From: a virus | Lineage: Duplodnaviria > Caudoviricetes | Strand: one strand, 5' to 3' | Virus record (IMG/VR): IMGVR_UViG_3300044657_000313 | Span: 1-33,962 of that record | DNA length: 33,962 nt | Shown: positions 8,373 to 18,333 of the stretch, piece by piece | How the letters are laid out: each line of letters opens with the position of its first letter | How positions within the stretch are numbered: position 1 is the stretch's first letter | Program-made: the position numbers and the translations under genes | Notes under the pieces: model-generated | Databases searched by the model: none | What the model saw: only the letters and a program-made list of their open reading frames with translations | What the model was told of the DNA's origin: nothing

Positions 8373-10351
8373 TCACCCTTTATTCACAATTAATGTTGAC
8401 GCGAATAGGTCATTTATCACAACCCAACCGTTTAATTTAGGCTCAATAATTCCCGCGTCTTGAAGGATGCGGGCCATGCCTTTTTCATAAGATGGCTTGG
8501 CGTAATTTTTCGCCACGCCTTCGGAATATCCTTCGCCAACCATCCAGGCGACAAAATCGTTACGATCAAGATGGGGGGAGCCGTCATGTTCTTTCGCACC
8601 TGTTGCGTACCATGCGCGCTCGAACATTTTCTGATATTTAGCGGTGGGACCGTCCTTTTTGCCTTTAACCACCTCGACCCCGGCGACCATTACCGCGCTG
8701 GTGACGGGTTCGTTATCCTCGTCGAGCCAGCCTTTAATCGGGACCGACTGCAATTCGGCCCAAATTGGCGGGGCGAGTTCCGCGTCCTTAGATTTGCGCT
8801 GGACAATATTGATGGTTTCGCCGGGAATTACGCTGATTTCAATATCGAGTGCGCCTTTCCATGCGCTCGAACCCCGCGCTCGGTGCTGCGCCTCGTCCGA
8901 CACGCCGGTATGATGGACTAGCAGGACCGAGGCGCTGAATTCCGCCATTAATCCGGCGCAGGCGTCGAGCATGGTTTTAGCGTCCTGGGCGGAGTTTTCG
9001 TCGCCGTCGAGAAACCTATGGAGCGTGTCGACGACAATAATCTCGGGCGGCTCGGGGAGCGATCGTATGGCGTCGGCGGTCTTTTGGTATCCCGCCGGGG
9101 TGTTTAAATCCAGACCGCCCTTTGACAGCCACATATCGAGGCTAGGGACGCGATGGTGTTGTTTCCAGGCCGCTACCCTGCCCCGCAGGCCGTGATGGCC
9201 CTCGCCAGCCAGATAAACGACCGTGCCGTGGCGGACTTTGTGCTTGAACCACTCGGAGATGACGCCCTTGGATGCGATGCTCAAAACCATATCGAGAACC
9301 AAAAACGTCTTGCCGCCCCCGGAAGGGCCGTGGACCATAATCAGCGCGTCAGATTGCAGCCATCGCTTGATTTGCCATCGGATCGGGTCCGGCTGTTCAG
9401 AGAAACTATCGGCAGGGACCAGCCAATCGTCCGAGGGGGGGAATAAAATCGCAATTAAATCCCCACCGGCTTGCAAGTAATCGTTAGCATCTCCCTCGCT
9501 CGGTGGCATGACAATCCGGCCTCCGTGTTTTGCGCTCGCTTGGTCGGCCTTATTTCGGCCCACGCCCGAGGCGTCATTGTCGGCCACAATTATAATCTCT
9601 TGGGTTTGGCCGTATTTTTCCCGTAATTGCCCTACGATTTCGGGCAAATTATTGGCGGAATAAGCAACAACGCAGGGGCGCCCGGAAACATCGTGAACCG
9701 TCGCGGCGGTGGCAAATCCTTCGGCCACGAATATCGGCCCGCCGTCCGGATCGCCAAGCGTCCAAGAACAGCCTTTTGTCGTGCCGCCGGGATGGTAGCG
9801 TTTATCGTCGTCGGAAATATATTGCAGGGACGACAGGGAGCCGTCCGGGCCGAATAGGGGCACGATTAAGCGCCCGTCGCCTGTAATCCTCGCGCCGTTG
9901 GGTTTGACTCCCTTACGGGCCAAATATGGGTGATCGGGGGAGGCCGCGCCGGCATCGCGCCAGATGGCTTCGACCGTATCAGCGGAAATCGCCGCCTTGC
10001 GCTCGCGGTCTTGATCGCGCCGTGCCCGAGCTTCGGATTGGCGGCGTGTAATTGCCATATTCTCGGCGGCGGTTAATTCCCGGCCAATATCGGCGCGGAA
10101 TACGCAGTCTATCTGGTCACGCCAGCAGCCAAACCGTCCGGCCACCGGCTCATCCGGAAATATCACGTACCAGCCCGAATCGTCGCGTTTCCGGCCTTTG
10201 GTCGAGAAACGGTGAAGTTGGCCGTCTATCTTGATTTCGGGAGGAGGCTCGATGCCGGCGGATCTCATGGCGTCGGCAATTTGTAGCTCGGGTGGATCGA
10301 CGTGTTGGCTCGGCAGGATAAATGGGCCGCCGAAAATGCTGGTAATGTCTG

Positions 10352-10355
<4 letters not shown>
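8373..10355 (-). CDS. Primase-helicase (Toprim primase + AAA_25/RepA-like helicase)
   Basis: HPYLARKG, Toprim VAEGFATAAT...IVADND...GDANDY, Walker A GPSGGGKT, Walker B IIVVDTL, LVHHTG..RARGSSAW. Confidence 0.92.
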
Positions 10356-11368
<1,013 letters not shown>

Positions 11369-11389
11369 ATTTTGATCGTCTCGTTGGGG

Positions 11390-11572
11390 TTAGCGGACAT
11401 TGGCATATTCCCTATCGGCTTTCAGCTTGCCTTTGGTGAATTGCTCGACTTGATATTGACGCAGCATCGGCGGGGTATTGTACCAACGATAGGTGCCGTG
11501 GACCCAAATCCCGAAGAAATCCGCCATTTTCTTGCGGCTCCCGAAATATTCTATCATTTCCTGGGTGGTCAT
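11390..11572 (-). CDS. Cro-like HTH regulator
   Basis: MTTQEMIEYFGSRKKMADFFGIWVHGTYRWYNTPPMLRQYQVEQFTKGKLKAD matches the N15/P22-type Cro pattern. First gene of the leftward operon; RBS AAGGA. Confidence 0.85.
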   Translation of the reverse strand: MTTQEMIEYFGSRKKMADFFGIWVHGTYRWYNTPPMLRQYQVEQFTKGKLKADREYANVR

Positions 11573-11600
11573 GTTTTTTTCCTTATGTTGCATTTAAGTG

Positions 11601-11633
11601 TTTACACCATACCTTAATGTAGTAATATGTAAA
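11601..11633. promoter_or_regulatory. Overlapping divergent promoters
   Basis: Plus strand: TTTACA(11601)-16 nt-TAATAT. Minus strand: TTTACA(11633)-16 nt-TATGGT. AT-rich strand-switch region. Confidence 0.6.
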
Positions 11634-11638
11634 TACGA

Positions 11639-11667
11639 AATCGCAACCGGATAATCCGACAGCGATT
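11639..11667 (+). promoter_or_regulatory. Leader hairpin motif, copy 1
   Basis: AATCGC-AACC-GG-ATAAT-CC-GACA-GCGATT, between the promoter and the RBS CAGGAG. Confidence 0.6.
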
Positions 11668-11684
11668 AAACAGGAGATTTTAAC

Positions 11685-12356
11685 GTGGCAATCAATCTAC
11701 AGAACACTTCCAGCGTCACCGCGTCCAGCGTGAAAGTCTTGGTATATGGCCAAGCTGGCGCGGGCAAGACGACGCTCATCACCACCTTGCCCGCCCCCGT
11801 CATTTTGTCGGCGGAAGCTGGCCTGCTTTCCATCGCCGGGTCCAACATCCCATTCTTGCAAATCAACGATATGGGCGATTTGCGCGAGGCTTACAAATGG
11901 CTCGCCGAGAGCGACGAGGCGAAGGCGTTCGAGTCCGTCGCCATCGACAGCATTTCCGAGATTGCCGAGGTTTGTCTCGGCAAGGAAAAGGCCATTGCCA
12001 AAGACCCGCGCCAAGCATACGGCGAGATGCAGACGGTCATGGCGGAGGTTATCCGCTCGTTCCGCGATTTGCCGAAACACGTTCTTATGACGGCGAAACT
12101 CGAAAAGGCGCAAGACGAAATGGGGCGCATACTCTACGCGCCCTCAATGCCGGGAAACAAGACCGGCCAATCGCTCCCGTATTTCTTTGATCTGGTGCTG
12201 GCCCTGCGGGTCGAGAAAGACGCCGAGGGGGTGACGCAGCGCGCTCTCATGACCGACTCGGATGGGCTTTGGCAAGCCAAGGACCGATCGGGGAAACTCG
12301 ACGCTTGGGAGACGCCCGATTTGGTCGCGGTCATTCGGAAGGTGGGTGGCAAATGA
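11685..12356 (+). CDS. Sak4-like AAA ATPase / single-strand annealing recombinase (AAA_24)
   Basis: KVLVYGQAGAGKTT, SAEAG, VAIDSISE, AKDRSGKL. GTG start with RBS. Confidence 0.88.
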   Translation: MAINLQNTSSVTASSVKVLVYGQAGAGKTTLITTLPAPVILSAEAGLLSIAGSNIPFLQINDMGDLREAYKWLAESDEAKAFESVAIDSISEIAEVCLGKEKAIAKDPRQAYGEMQTVMAEVIRSFRDLPKHVLMTAKLEKAQDEMGRILYAPSMPGNKTGQSLPYFFDLVLALRVEKDAEGVTQRALMTDSDGLWQAKDRSGKLDAWETPDLVAVIRKVGGK

Positions 12357-12754
12357 CCAAAAACTACACCATCGACGACGCCTGCAAAGAATGGCTTGAC
12401 GCCAAGGAAACCGAACGCGCAGCAACCGAGGCGCGTCGCGTGGTCGAGGATTATTTGATTGAGGAACTCGGGCCGAGCGCCGAATTCGAGGGCACCAAAA
12501 ACGTCGATGCCGGCGCCTACAAAATCAAGATCACGTCGCGCATGAGCCGCAAGGTTGACGGCGAGAAAATCCAAGAAATCGCCGCCGAGGCGGGGTTGTC
12601 AGAACACCTGTCGAGCCTGTTTCGGTGGAAACCCGAACTGAATATGTCGGCGTGGAAATCCGCCGACAAGTCCATCACTACCCCGCTTCTTGGCGGCATT
12701 ACCACCACGCCCGCACGGGCATCGTTTTCAATCACTACCGACGAAAAGGAATAG
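12353..12754 (+). CDS. Conserved phage hypothetical protein
   Basis: MTKNYTIDDACKEWLDAKETE...LFRWKPEL...ITTTPARASFSI. The ATG overlaps the upstream stop (ATGA). Confidence 0.75.
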   Translation: MTKNYTIDDACKEWLDAKETERAATEARRVVEDYLIEELGPSAEFEGTKNVDAGAYKIKITSRMSRKVDGEKIQEIAAEAGLSEHLSSLFRWKPELNMSAWKSADKSITTPLLGGITTTPARASFSITTDEKE

Positions 12755-12757
12755 AAC

Positions 12758-13261
12758 ATGAGTTTTCTTGATGACCCGTTTGATTTGAATGACCTCCCCG
12801 TTGGCAATGGCGGCGACTTTGAGCCGGTCCCGGCGGGCTGGTACACCGTCAAAATCGTCAGCGCATCGGTCGAGAATACCAAAGCCGGAACCGGAAAATA
12901 TATCAAGGTCCGGTTCGACATTCTCGGCCCATCGTTCCAGGGCCGCGTGTTGTTCACGAATTTGAACACGCGCAATCCTAATCCCAAAGCCGAGGAAATC
13001 GGAAAGGGACAGTTGGGCGACATTATGCGGGCAATCGGTTTGCAACGCATGACCGACACCGACCAACTGATCGGCGGTTCGCTGTCCGTGAAGGTCGTCG
13101 TCAAGGACGACCCGACTTACGGCCCCGGCAACGAGGTGAAAGCCTTCAAGGCCGTCGAAGGCTCGGCGGTTCCGATGGGTGTTACGAAAACCACTTTCGC
13201 GCCTGCTGCGCCCACCGCACCCGCGACCTCTAAGGTACCCGCGCCCTGGGCGACTAAATAG
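12758..13261 (+). CDS. DUF669-like single-stranded DNA-binding protein
   Basis: FEPVPAGWY.VKI, TKAGTGKY, GRVLF.NLN, NEVK, Pro/Ala tail ending PW. Sak4-SSB synteny. Confidence 0.82.
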   Translation: MSFLDDPFDLNDLPVGNGGDFEPVPAGWYTVKIVSASVENTKAGTGKYIKVRFDILGPSFQGRVLFTNLNTRNPNPKAEEIGKGQLGDIMRAIGLQRMTDTDQLIGGSLSVKVVVKDDPTYGPGNEVKAFKAVEGSAVPMGVTKTTFAPAAPTAPATSKVPAPWATK

Positions 13262-13269
13262 TATTGGCT

Positions 13270-13295
13270 GGCCGGGGGGAAACTCCCGGCCTGTT
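13270..13295 (+). terminator. GC-rich hairpin after SSB gene (weak terminator or stabilising stem)
   Basis: GGCCGGGGG-GAAA-CTCCCGGCC, with a poor U-tract. Confidence 0.45.
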
Positions 13296-13319
13296 AACTC
13301 AATTAAATAGGAGGTTTAA

Positions 13320-13619
13320 GTGAAAATAGAAAAACGGGATGTTCTTGAATGCCCGGTATGCGGGGAAGAAAATATGCACCACACAGCTATCAAAATATTC
13401 GGGAGATCGGAAGACGGCGAAACTGCATACACGGAAATTTCGGCTGACGCCAAAGACCCTAAACAAACCCCTTGGGTAGATAATTTTCCTGAAAATCCCA
13501 GTTCGCGGCGAGACGCTGTGGCGATAGTTTTCCGGTGCGAGCATCACAACCTCGACATTACATTAAACATTTCGCAAAACAAAGGATCGACCTTCCTAGA
13601 GTGGACATTCGGAACATGA
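13320..13619 (+). CDS. Hypothetical protein with CxxC/H metal-binding residues
   Basis: LECPVCGEENMHH...NPSSRR..V.I.FRCEH. Strong RBS AGGAGG. Confidence 0.75.
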   Translation: MKIEKRDVLECPVCGEENMHHTAIKIFGRSEDGETAYTEISADAKDPKQTPWVDNFPENPSSRRDAVAIVFRCEHHNLDITLNISQNKGSTFLEWTFGT

Positions 13620-14671
13620 CCAAAATCCCCGATCCGCTTAATACCATCGCCAATCTGATCGACGCCCATCATCAGGACCGGCCCGATCCGCCGCGAGCGC
13701 ATCTTGGCGGCTCGTTGCTCGGCCATCCGTGCGAACGCTGGCTCTGGCTGTCGTTTCGTTGGGCGGTGCGCGAGACGTTTCCCGGACGCATCCGGCGCTT
13801 ATTCCGTCGCGGGCACAACGAGGAAACTATTATTGTAAATGATCTCAAGGCTATCGGGATCGAAATAAATTCCACGGGACGCGAACAGCAATTCCTTTCC
13901 TTCGGTTTTCACATTGGCGGCAGCGTCGATGGGATTATTGAGCGGGGCGTTCCCGGTGCGGAGAAAACCCGACACGTCGCGGAATTCAAAACTCATTCCA
14001 AAAAATCCTTTGACGACTTGGACAAAAAAGGCGTCAAGGATAGCAAGCCTATGCACTGGGCGCAAATGCAAGTGTATATGCTCGGCACCAAGATCGACCG
14101 CGCCCTATACGTCGCCGTATGCAAAGACGACGACCGGATTTATACCGAGCGCGTCCGCTACGACGAAGAAGCCGCGAATAATTTAATCGCTCGGGGTAAG
14201 CGCATTGCGCTGGCCGAACGCATCCCTGCGCCGCTATCGACCGATCCGAGTTGGTATCAATGCAAGTTTTGTCCGGCGCATGATTTCTGCCATGAAAAGC
14301 AATTGACTAAGTTTGCCAATTGCCGGACGTGCGCCCGCTCGACGCCGGAGGAAGATGGCACATGGTCTTGCGCCCGTTGGGACAGCAAAGACATTCCCGC
14401 TGACTTCCAAGCGCAAGGATGCGCGAGCCATGTTCTCCACCCCGATATGGTGCCGTGGGAAATCAAAGATAGCGGCAACCCCGACGAGGCGGTCTATGTC
14501 GTCAACGGTGTTGACCTACGCAACGGCGAGGGCGATGCGTTTTCGTTTTCAAGCGAGGAATTGATAGTCGGCGCGGAAGCCTGCGCCGCGTCAATCGTGG
14601 GCGATATTAAAACCACGTTCCCCGGCGCAAAGGTGGTGGGGGTCAATCCGGTCGAGGAGGTGCCGGGATGA
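13616..14671 (+). CDS. Cas4-like PD-(D/E)xK exonuclease
   Basis: HLGGSLLGHPCER, RGH, GSVDG...EFKT, QMQVYM, C-terminal CKFCPAHDFC (Fe-S-type Cys pattern). ATG at 13616 overlaps the upstream stop. Confidence 0.85.
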   Translation: MTKIPDPLNTIANLIDAHHQDRPDPPRAHLGGSLLGHPCERWLWLSFRWAVRETFPGRIRRLFRRGHNEETIIVNDLKAIGIEINSTGREQQFLSFGFHIGGSVDGIIERGVPGAEKTRHVAEFKTHSKKSFDDLDKKGVKDSKPMHWAQMQVYMLGTKIDRALYVAVCKDDDRIYTERVRYDEEAANNLIARGKRIALAERIPAPLSTDPSWYQCKFCPAHDFCHEKQLTKFANCRTCARSTPEEDGTWSCARWDSKDIPADFQAQGCASHVLHPDMVPWEIKDSGNPDEAVYVVNGVDLRNGEGDAFSFSSEELIVGAEACAASIVGDIKTTFPGAKVVGVNPVEEVPG

Positions 14672-16287
14672 CCATCCTCCGCGATTACCAGCGCCGAACC
14701 ATCGACCAATTATACGACTGGTTCGCCTCCGGCAAGAAGGGGCACCCGTGCATTGAAATGCCGACCGGGGCGGGGAAATCTCACATCGTCGCGGAATTGT
14801 GCAAGGAAGCAATTCAAACTTGGCCAGACACCCGCGTTCTGATGCTCACGCACGTCAAAGAGTTGATCGAGCAGAACGCCGAGAAAATGCTAGAGCATTG
14901 GCCCGACGCGCCGCTTGGCATTTACTCGGCGGGAATAGGACGCAGGGACGCCGGACAACCCATTACGTTCGCTGGCATACAATCGGTTAGGAATAAAGCC
15001 GAGATAATCGGGCACGTCGATTTAGTCATTATCGACGAGTGCCACCTTGTCAGCCACAAGGATGAGGGCGGCTATCGCAAATTGATAAACAAGTTGCTGG
15101 AAATCAATCCGGCGCTGCGCGTGATCGGATTAACCGCTACGCCGTATCGTTTGGGGCACGGCTATATAACGGACGCGCCCGCGTTATTCTCCGAGATCCT
15201 ATCGCCCGTCAGCATCGAGGAATTGATATATAAGAAATTCCTTGCCCCGCTGCGCTCGAAAAATACGGCGTATAAACTATCGGTCGAGGGGGTTCACAAG
15301 GTCGGCGGGGAATACGTCGAGGCGGAATTGCAGGCCGCAATTAACACCGACAAAAATAATAGGTCGGTGATCGAGGAAGTGCTAGGGCGGGCAAGCGATA
15401 GAAAGTCTTGGCTGTTTTTTTGTACGGGGGTGAAACACGCCGAGACGATTGCGGAGATGCTAAACGATAATAACATCTCGGCGGCTTGCATCCTGGGCGA
15501 AACGCCCAAGGCGAAGCGCGAGGAAATCATCAGCAAATTTAAGCGCGGCGAAATCCGCGCATTGACCAACGCGAACGTGCTGACGACAGGGTTTGATTAT
15601 CCTGATCTCGACTTAATCGTAATGCTGCGCCCGACGCTATCGACAGGTCTTTACGTTCAGATGGCGGGGCGCGGAATGCGAATTAAATCTCACGCCGAAG
15701 ATTGCATGGTGCTCGACTTCGCGGGCGTCGTCGCAACCCACGGCCCTATTACGGCGGTTGAGCCGAAGAAAGCCGGAAAGAAAACCGGGGAAATCCCATA
15801 TAAAACTTGCCCGCAATGTGAGGAAATGAACCACCTCGCGGCGAAGGTTTGTACCGCTTGCGGATATGAATTTCCGGCCTCGCAAAAACCAAAACCAAAA
15901 CTTCATAACGACGATATAATGGGGCTAGATAAGCTCGAAATGATCGTCACTGATTGGCAATGGTCAAAGCATGTTTCCCACACCAGCGGAAAAGAAATGC
16001 TCACGGTGAGATATTACGGCGAGTTGGCCGACCGCCCGGTGATGGAATATTTAACCGTCGCACATAGTGGATATTCTGGCGATAAAGCGCGGCGGCTATT
16101 GCTCACCATCGCGCAGAAAGCTGGAGTCGATGCGTCAGGATTTGGAAACACAACACTCGAAGCCGCAGCGGAGGAATTAAACAAATGCCAGCACCCAAGC
16201 GCCATAACCTACAAACAAGAAGGAAAATTCTACCGGGTGTTCAATCGGGTATGGCACGATCCGAACATGACGAACAATGCGAACTAG
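14668..16287 (+). CDS. Superfamily II DEAD/DEAH helicase with C-terminal Zn finger (RadD/YejH-like)
   Basis: LRDYQ, PTGAGKS, DECH, GLTATP, LTTGFD, QMAGRGMR, CPQC..CTAC. Confidence 0.93.
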   Translation: MTILRDYQRRTIDQLYDWFASGKKGHPCIEMPTGAGKSHIVAELCKEAIQTWPDTRVLMLTHVKELIEQNAEKMLEHWPDAPLGIYSAGIGRRDAGQPITFAGIQSVRNKAEIIGHVDLVIIDECHLVSHKDEGGYRKLINKLLEINPALRVIGLTATPYRLGHGYITDAPALFSEILSPVSIEELIYKKFLAPLRSKNTAYKLSVEGVHKVGGEYVEAELQAAINTDKNNRSVIEEVLGRASDRKSWLFFCTGVKHAETIAEMLNDNNISAACILGETPKAKREEIISKFKRGEIRALTNANVLTTGFDYPDLDLIVMLRPTLSTGLYVQMAGRGMRIKSHAEDCMVLDFAGVVATHGPITAVEPKKAGKKTGEIPYKTCPQCEEMNHLAAKVCTACGYEFPASQKPKPKLHNDDIMGLDKLEMIVTDWQWSKHVSHTSGKEMLTVRYYGELADRPVMEYLTVAHSGYSGDKARRLLLTIAQKAGVDASGFGNTTLEAAAEELNKCQHPSAITYKQEGKFYRVFNRVWHDPNMTNNAN

Positions 16288-16616
16288 TTCGCTGGTTTAG
16301 ATCGACGTACCGAGGCGTTCGGATATTCGCCATCCCGAACGGCGGCGTGCGCGGCAAGATCGCGGGCGGGCGGCTCAAGAACGAAGGTGTCAGCGCAGGG
16401 GTGCCGGATTTATTTATCCCGGCGTGGGGGCTTTGGATCGAAATGAAACGAGCCAATGGCGGGACACTTTCCCCCGCCCAAAAAGATTGGATTTCCTATC
16501 TGCAAACCATTTGCAATACGGTGATAGTCGGGCAAGGTTTTGAAAATGCAAGGGAAAAGATTTATACTTTTGTGCAAAATAACGCTTTACATATAGGTTC
16601 AACATCGCTAGAGTAA
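16251..16616 (+). CDS. VRR-NUC domain nuclease (Holliday junction resolvase-like)
   Basis: SEHDEQ, FAIPNGG, GVSAGVPDL, WIEMK..GTLSPAQKDW. Confidence 0.88.
   Translation: MARSEHDEQCELVRWFRSTYRGVRIFAIPNGGVRGKIAGGRLKNEGVSAGVPDLFIPAWGLWIEMKRANGGTLSPAQKDWISYLQTICNTVIVGQGFENAREKIYTFVQNNALHIGSTSLE
16586..16614 (+). promoter_or_regulatory. Putative sigma70-type early promoter
   Basis: TTTACA-17 nt-TAGAGT with AT-rich upstream sequence. Confidence 0.6.
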
Positions 16617-16623
16617 CCATATT

Positions 16624-16648
16624 GAGCAACCGGATAAACCAACCGCTC
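16624..16648 (+). promoter_or_regulatory. Leader hairpin motif, copy 2
   Basis: GAGC-AACC-GG-ATAAA-CC-AACC-GCTC, between the promoter and the RBS GAGGA. Confidence 0.6.
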
Positions 16649-16666
16649 GGAAAGAGGAACACGCAA

Positions 16667-16855
16667 ATGACCACCACCTTCACCCGCCGCCAGATGACCT
16701 CCGCACAATTCGCCGCGCTGCAATACAAGGATCGTTTGACCGCCGCCGAGCGCCACGATCTTTGCACCGCCGAAATTGTTGACGCGCCCGACGAAAACGC
16801 AGCTTCCATCGCTACGATGGCCGGGTTTCTTGCCGAGATTGGGGGTGCCAAATGA
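16667..16855 (+). CDS. Hypothetical protein
   Basis: MTTTFTRRQMTSAQF...; RBS GAGGA; stop overlaps the next ATG. Confidence 0.7.
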   Translation: MTTTFTRRQMTSAQFAALQYKDRLTAAERHDLCTAEIVDAPDENAASIATMAGFLAEIGGAK

Positions 16856-17079
16856 GCCTTAACCAATCAGTCGCAATGACGACCGCCGCGCTTTATATGG
16901 CCCTCCGTGCGCCCCAAGATCGGGTCCAAGATTTGGTAGAATTAGCCGAGGGGTTTGCCCGCAATTTGACGCCCGCCCAAGTCGAGCGGGCCAAGCAACG
17001 CGCCCTTGAAATGCTCGTCGACGACGCGGGCGAAGGCATACGCCGGGTCGAGGATATTTTGTCGATGGGAGTAAAATAA
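16852..17079 (+). CDS. Hypothetical protein
   Basis: 75 aa helical ORF, coupled to both neighbours. Confidence 0.7.
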   Translation: MSLNQSVAMTTAALYMALRAPQDRVQDLVELAEGFARNLTPAQVERAKQRALEMLVDDAGEGIRRVEDILSMGVK

Positions 17080-17747
17080 TGGAAGCATGGCAATTCGTAG
17101 GTCCGAAACTACGAAACGGGCGCGCTGTCCCGAAGGACGGCGAAAAATTGATCCAAACAGGCGAGATTATTTCCTGCCAGAACGGTTTGCACGGATCCGT
17201 CCGTATCATCGACGCCCTGCAATATGCTCCGCCCAAAACAAAATGGATATGCCGCACTGAACATTGCGGCGTCATCGTTGAGGATGGCGACAAGGTTGCG
17301 TCCTCCGAGCGCACGATTATATGGCGCGTCGAAGCCGATCCAATCTTAAACATGTTTGCCCGTATGTGCGCGAGTGACGTTTTGCATCTTTGGGATGCGC
17401 CGGAGATTGTCAAAGAATATCTGAAAACAGGCGACGAGAAAATTAAGGCCGCAGCCGCAAGGGCCGCAAGGGCCGCAGGGGACGCAGGGGACGCAGGGGA
17501 CGCAAGAGCCGCAAGGGCCGCATGGGCCGCATGGGACGCCGCAAGGGCTGCAAAAAACGCCGCATGGGCCGCACGGGACGCCGCATGGGCCGCAAGGGCC
17601 GCATGGGCCGCATGGGACGCCGCAAGGGCTGCAAAAAACGCCGCATGGGCCGCACGGGACGCCGCATGGGCCGCAAGGGCCGCAGGGGACGCCCAAAACA
17701 AACGACTAACGCGCCTGATCGACGCAGCGCATAAGGAGGCAAAATAA
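17079..17747 (+). CDS. Phage protein with C..GLH N-terminal domain and Ala-rich (AAW/AAR/DAA) repeat tail
   Basis: CQNGLHGS...DALQY, FARMCA..VL, then tandem AAWAARDAA repeats. RBS GGAG. Confidence 0.8.
   Translation: MEAWQFVGPKLRNGRAVPKDGEKLIQTGEIISCQNGLHGSVRIIDALQYAPPKTKWICRTEHCGVIVEDGDKVASSERTIIWRVEADPILNMFARMCASDVLHLWDAPEIVKEYLKTGDEKIKAAAARAARAAGDAGDAGDARAARAAWAAWDAARAAKNAAWAARDAAWAARAAWAAWDAARAAKNAAWAARDAAWAARAAGDAQNKRLTRLIDAAHKEAK
17448..17693. repeat. Degenerate 9-nt tandem array (G[C/A]C GCA NGG) containing an exact 81-bp duplication
   Basis: The block starting GCAAGGGCCGCATGGGCCGCATGGGACG at 17511 recurs at 17592. Confidence 0.9.
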
Positions 17748-17800
17748 TGGAAGTTATCGCCGCGTTCGTAATCGGCATCATCCTGGCAATCGTCGGATGA
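17747..17800 (+). CDS. Tiny hydrophobic peptide (17 aa)
   Basis: [17 protein letters not shown]. Strong RBS AAGGAGG; TAATG and ATGA overlaps with neighbours. Confidence 0.55.
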   Translation: MEVIAAFVIGIILAIVG

Positions 17801-17904
17801 TCGCGCTTTTCTTCCTTGGCTTGTTTTTTATAGCCGCTGCCGTGATGCTCGTTTTTGGGTTTTGGTTTGCGCGTAGAATGAGGGACGAAGATAATGAAAT
17901 TTAG
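17797..17904 (+). CDS. Small single-pass membrane protein (35 aa)
   Basis: MIALFFLGLFFIAAAVMLVFGFWFARRMRDEDNEI*; ATGA coupling. Confidence 0.55.
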   Translation: MIALFFLGLFFIAAAVMLVFGFWFARRMRDEDNEI

Positions 17905-18085
17905 AACCGCACTGGAGGGGGCAACATGGACATTTTGGAGGGCATCAAACGGCATACTAAACCCGAAGATGACGCCAGCCCCCGAGGCGTTAGCATGCCT
18001 CGCTTTAATCGCCGCCGTAGCAAAGACCGAAAAACTCGGGGAAGCGGCCCAGAAAACTCTAGTCCTCGTTGGGGAGCGGCGGTGA
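17894..18085 (+). CDS. Hypothetical protein
   Basis: 63 aa; stop overlaps the GTG of the next ORF. Competes with an alternative start at 17926 in another frame. Confidence 0.4.
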   Translation: MKFRTALEGATWTFWRASNGILNPKMTPAPEALACLALIAAVAKTEKLGEAAQKTLVLVGERR

Positions 18086-18333
18086 AAGTATCGGCGGCAA
18101 TTATCGTTTTCGCGGTGGCGGTGTCCTTTATCGACATTCCGTTCCGCGAGTTGCCACAAATGCCAGCGACGTTTGCGCCTGTTTATTTGCTGAAGATCGA
18201 CTACACCTACATCATTGAAAAATTTGACGCGCCTGATCGTTGCGACATAGGCCGTCAGTTCGTCGAAAATCTACGCGACAACATCCCAGACGGCGCGGTC
18301 AGGACGGTCAAATGCGAGGAGGTAAAACCGTGA
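18082..18333 (+). CDS. Hypothetical membrane-anchored or secreted protein
   Basis: MKVSAAIIVFAVAVSF... with two Cys. GTG after GGAG; could alternatively start at 17926. Confidence 0.55.
   Translation: MKVSAAIIVFAVAVSFIDIPFRELPQMPATFAPVYLLKIDYTYIIEKFDAPDRCDIGRQFVENLRDNIPDGAVRTVKCEEVKP

Noticed and set aside
8176-8376. N-terminal extension of the methyltransferase ORF to 8376
   Set aside because: It translates the origin-like repeats; the ParB domain and an RBS point to the ATG at 8175.
13616-14671. Cas4-like gene as evidence of a CRISPR-Cas system
   Set aside because: No cas1/cas2 or array; its context is a standard phage recombination module.
17448-17693. Possible CRISPR array or DGR template/variable repeat
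   Set aside because: No unique spacers, the repeats are in-frame coding, the 81-bp copies are identical (no A-specific mismatches), and no reverse transcriptase is present.
17346-18159. Minus-strand and alternate-frame ORFs with [16 protein letters not shown] or GRMGRR repeats
   Set aside because: Shadows of the 9-nt Ala-repeat array in the plus-strand gene 17079-17747.
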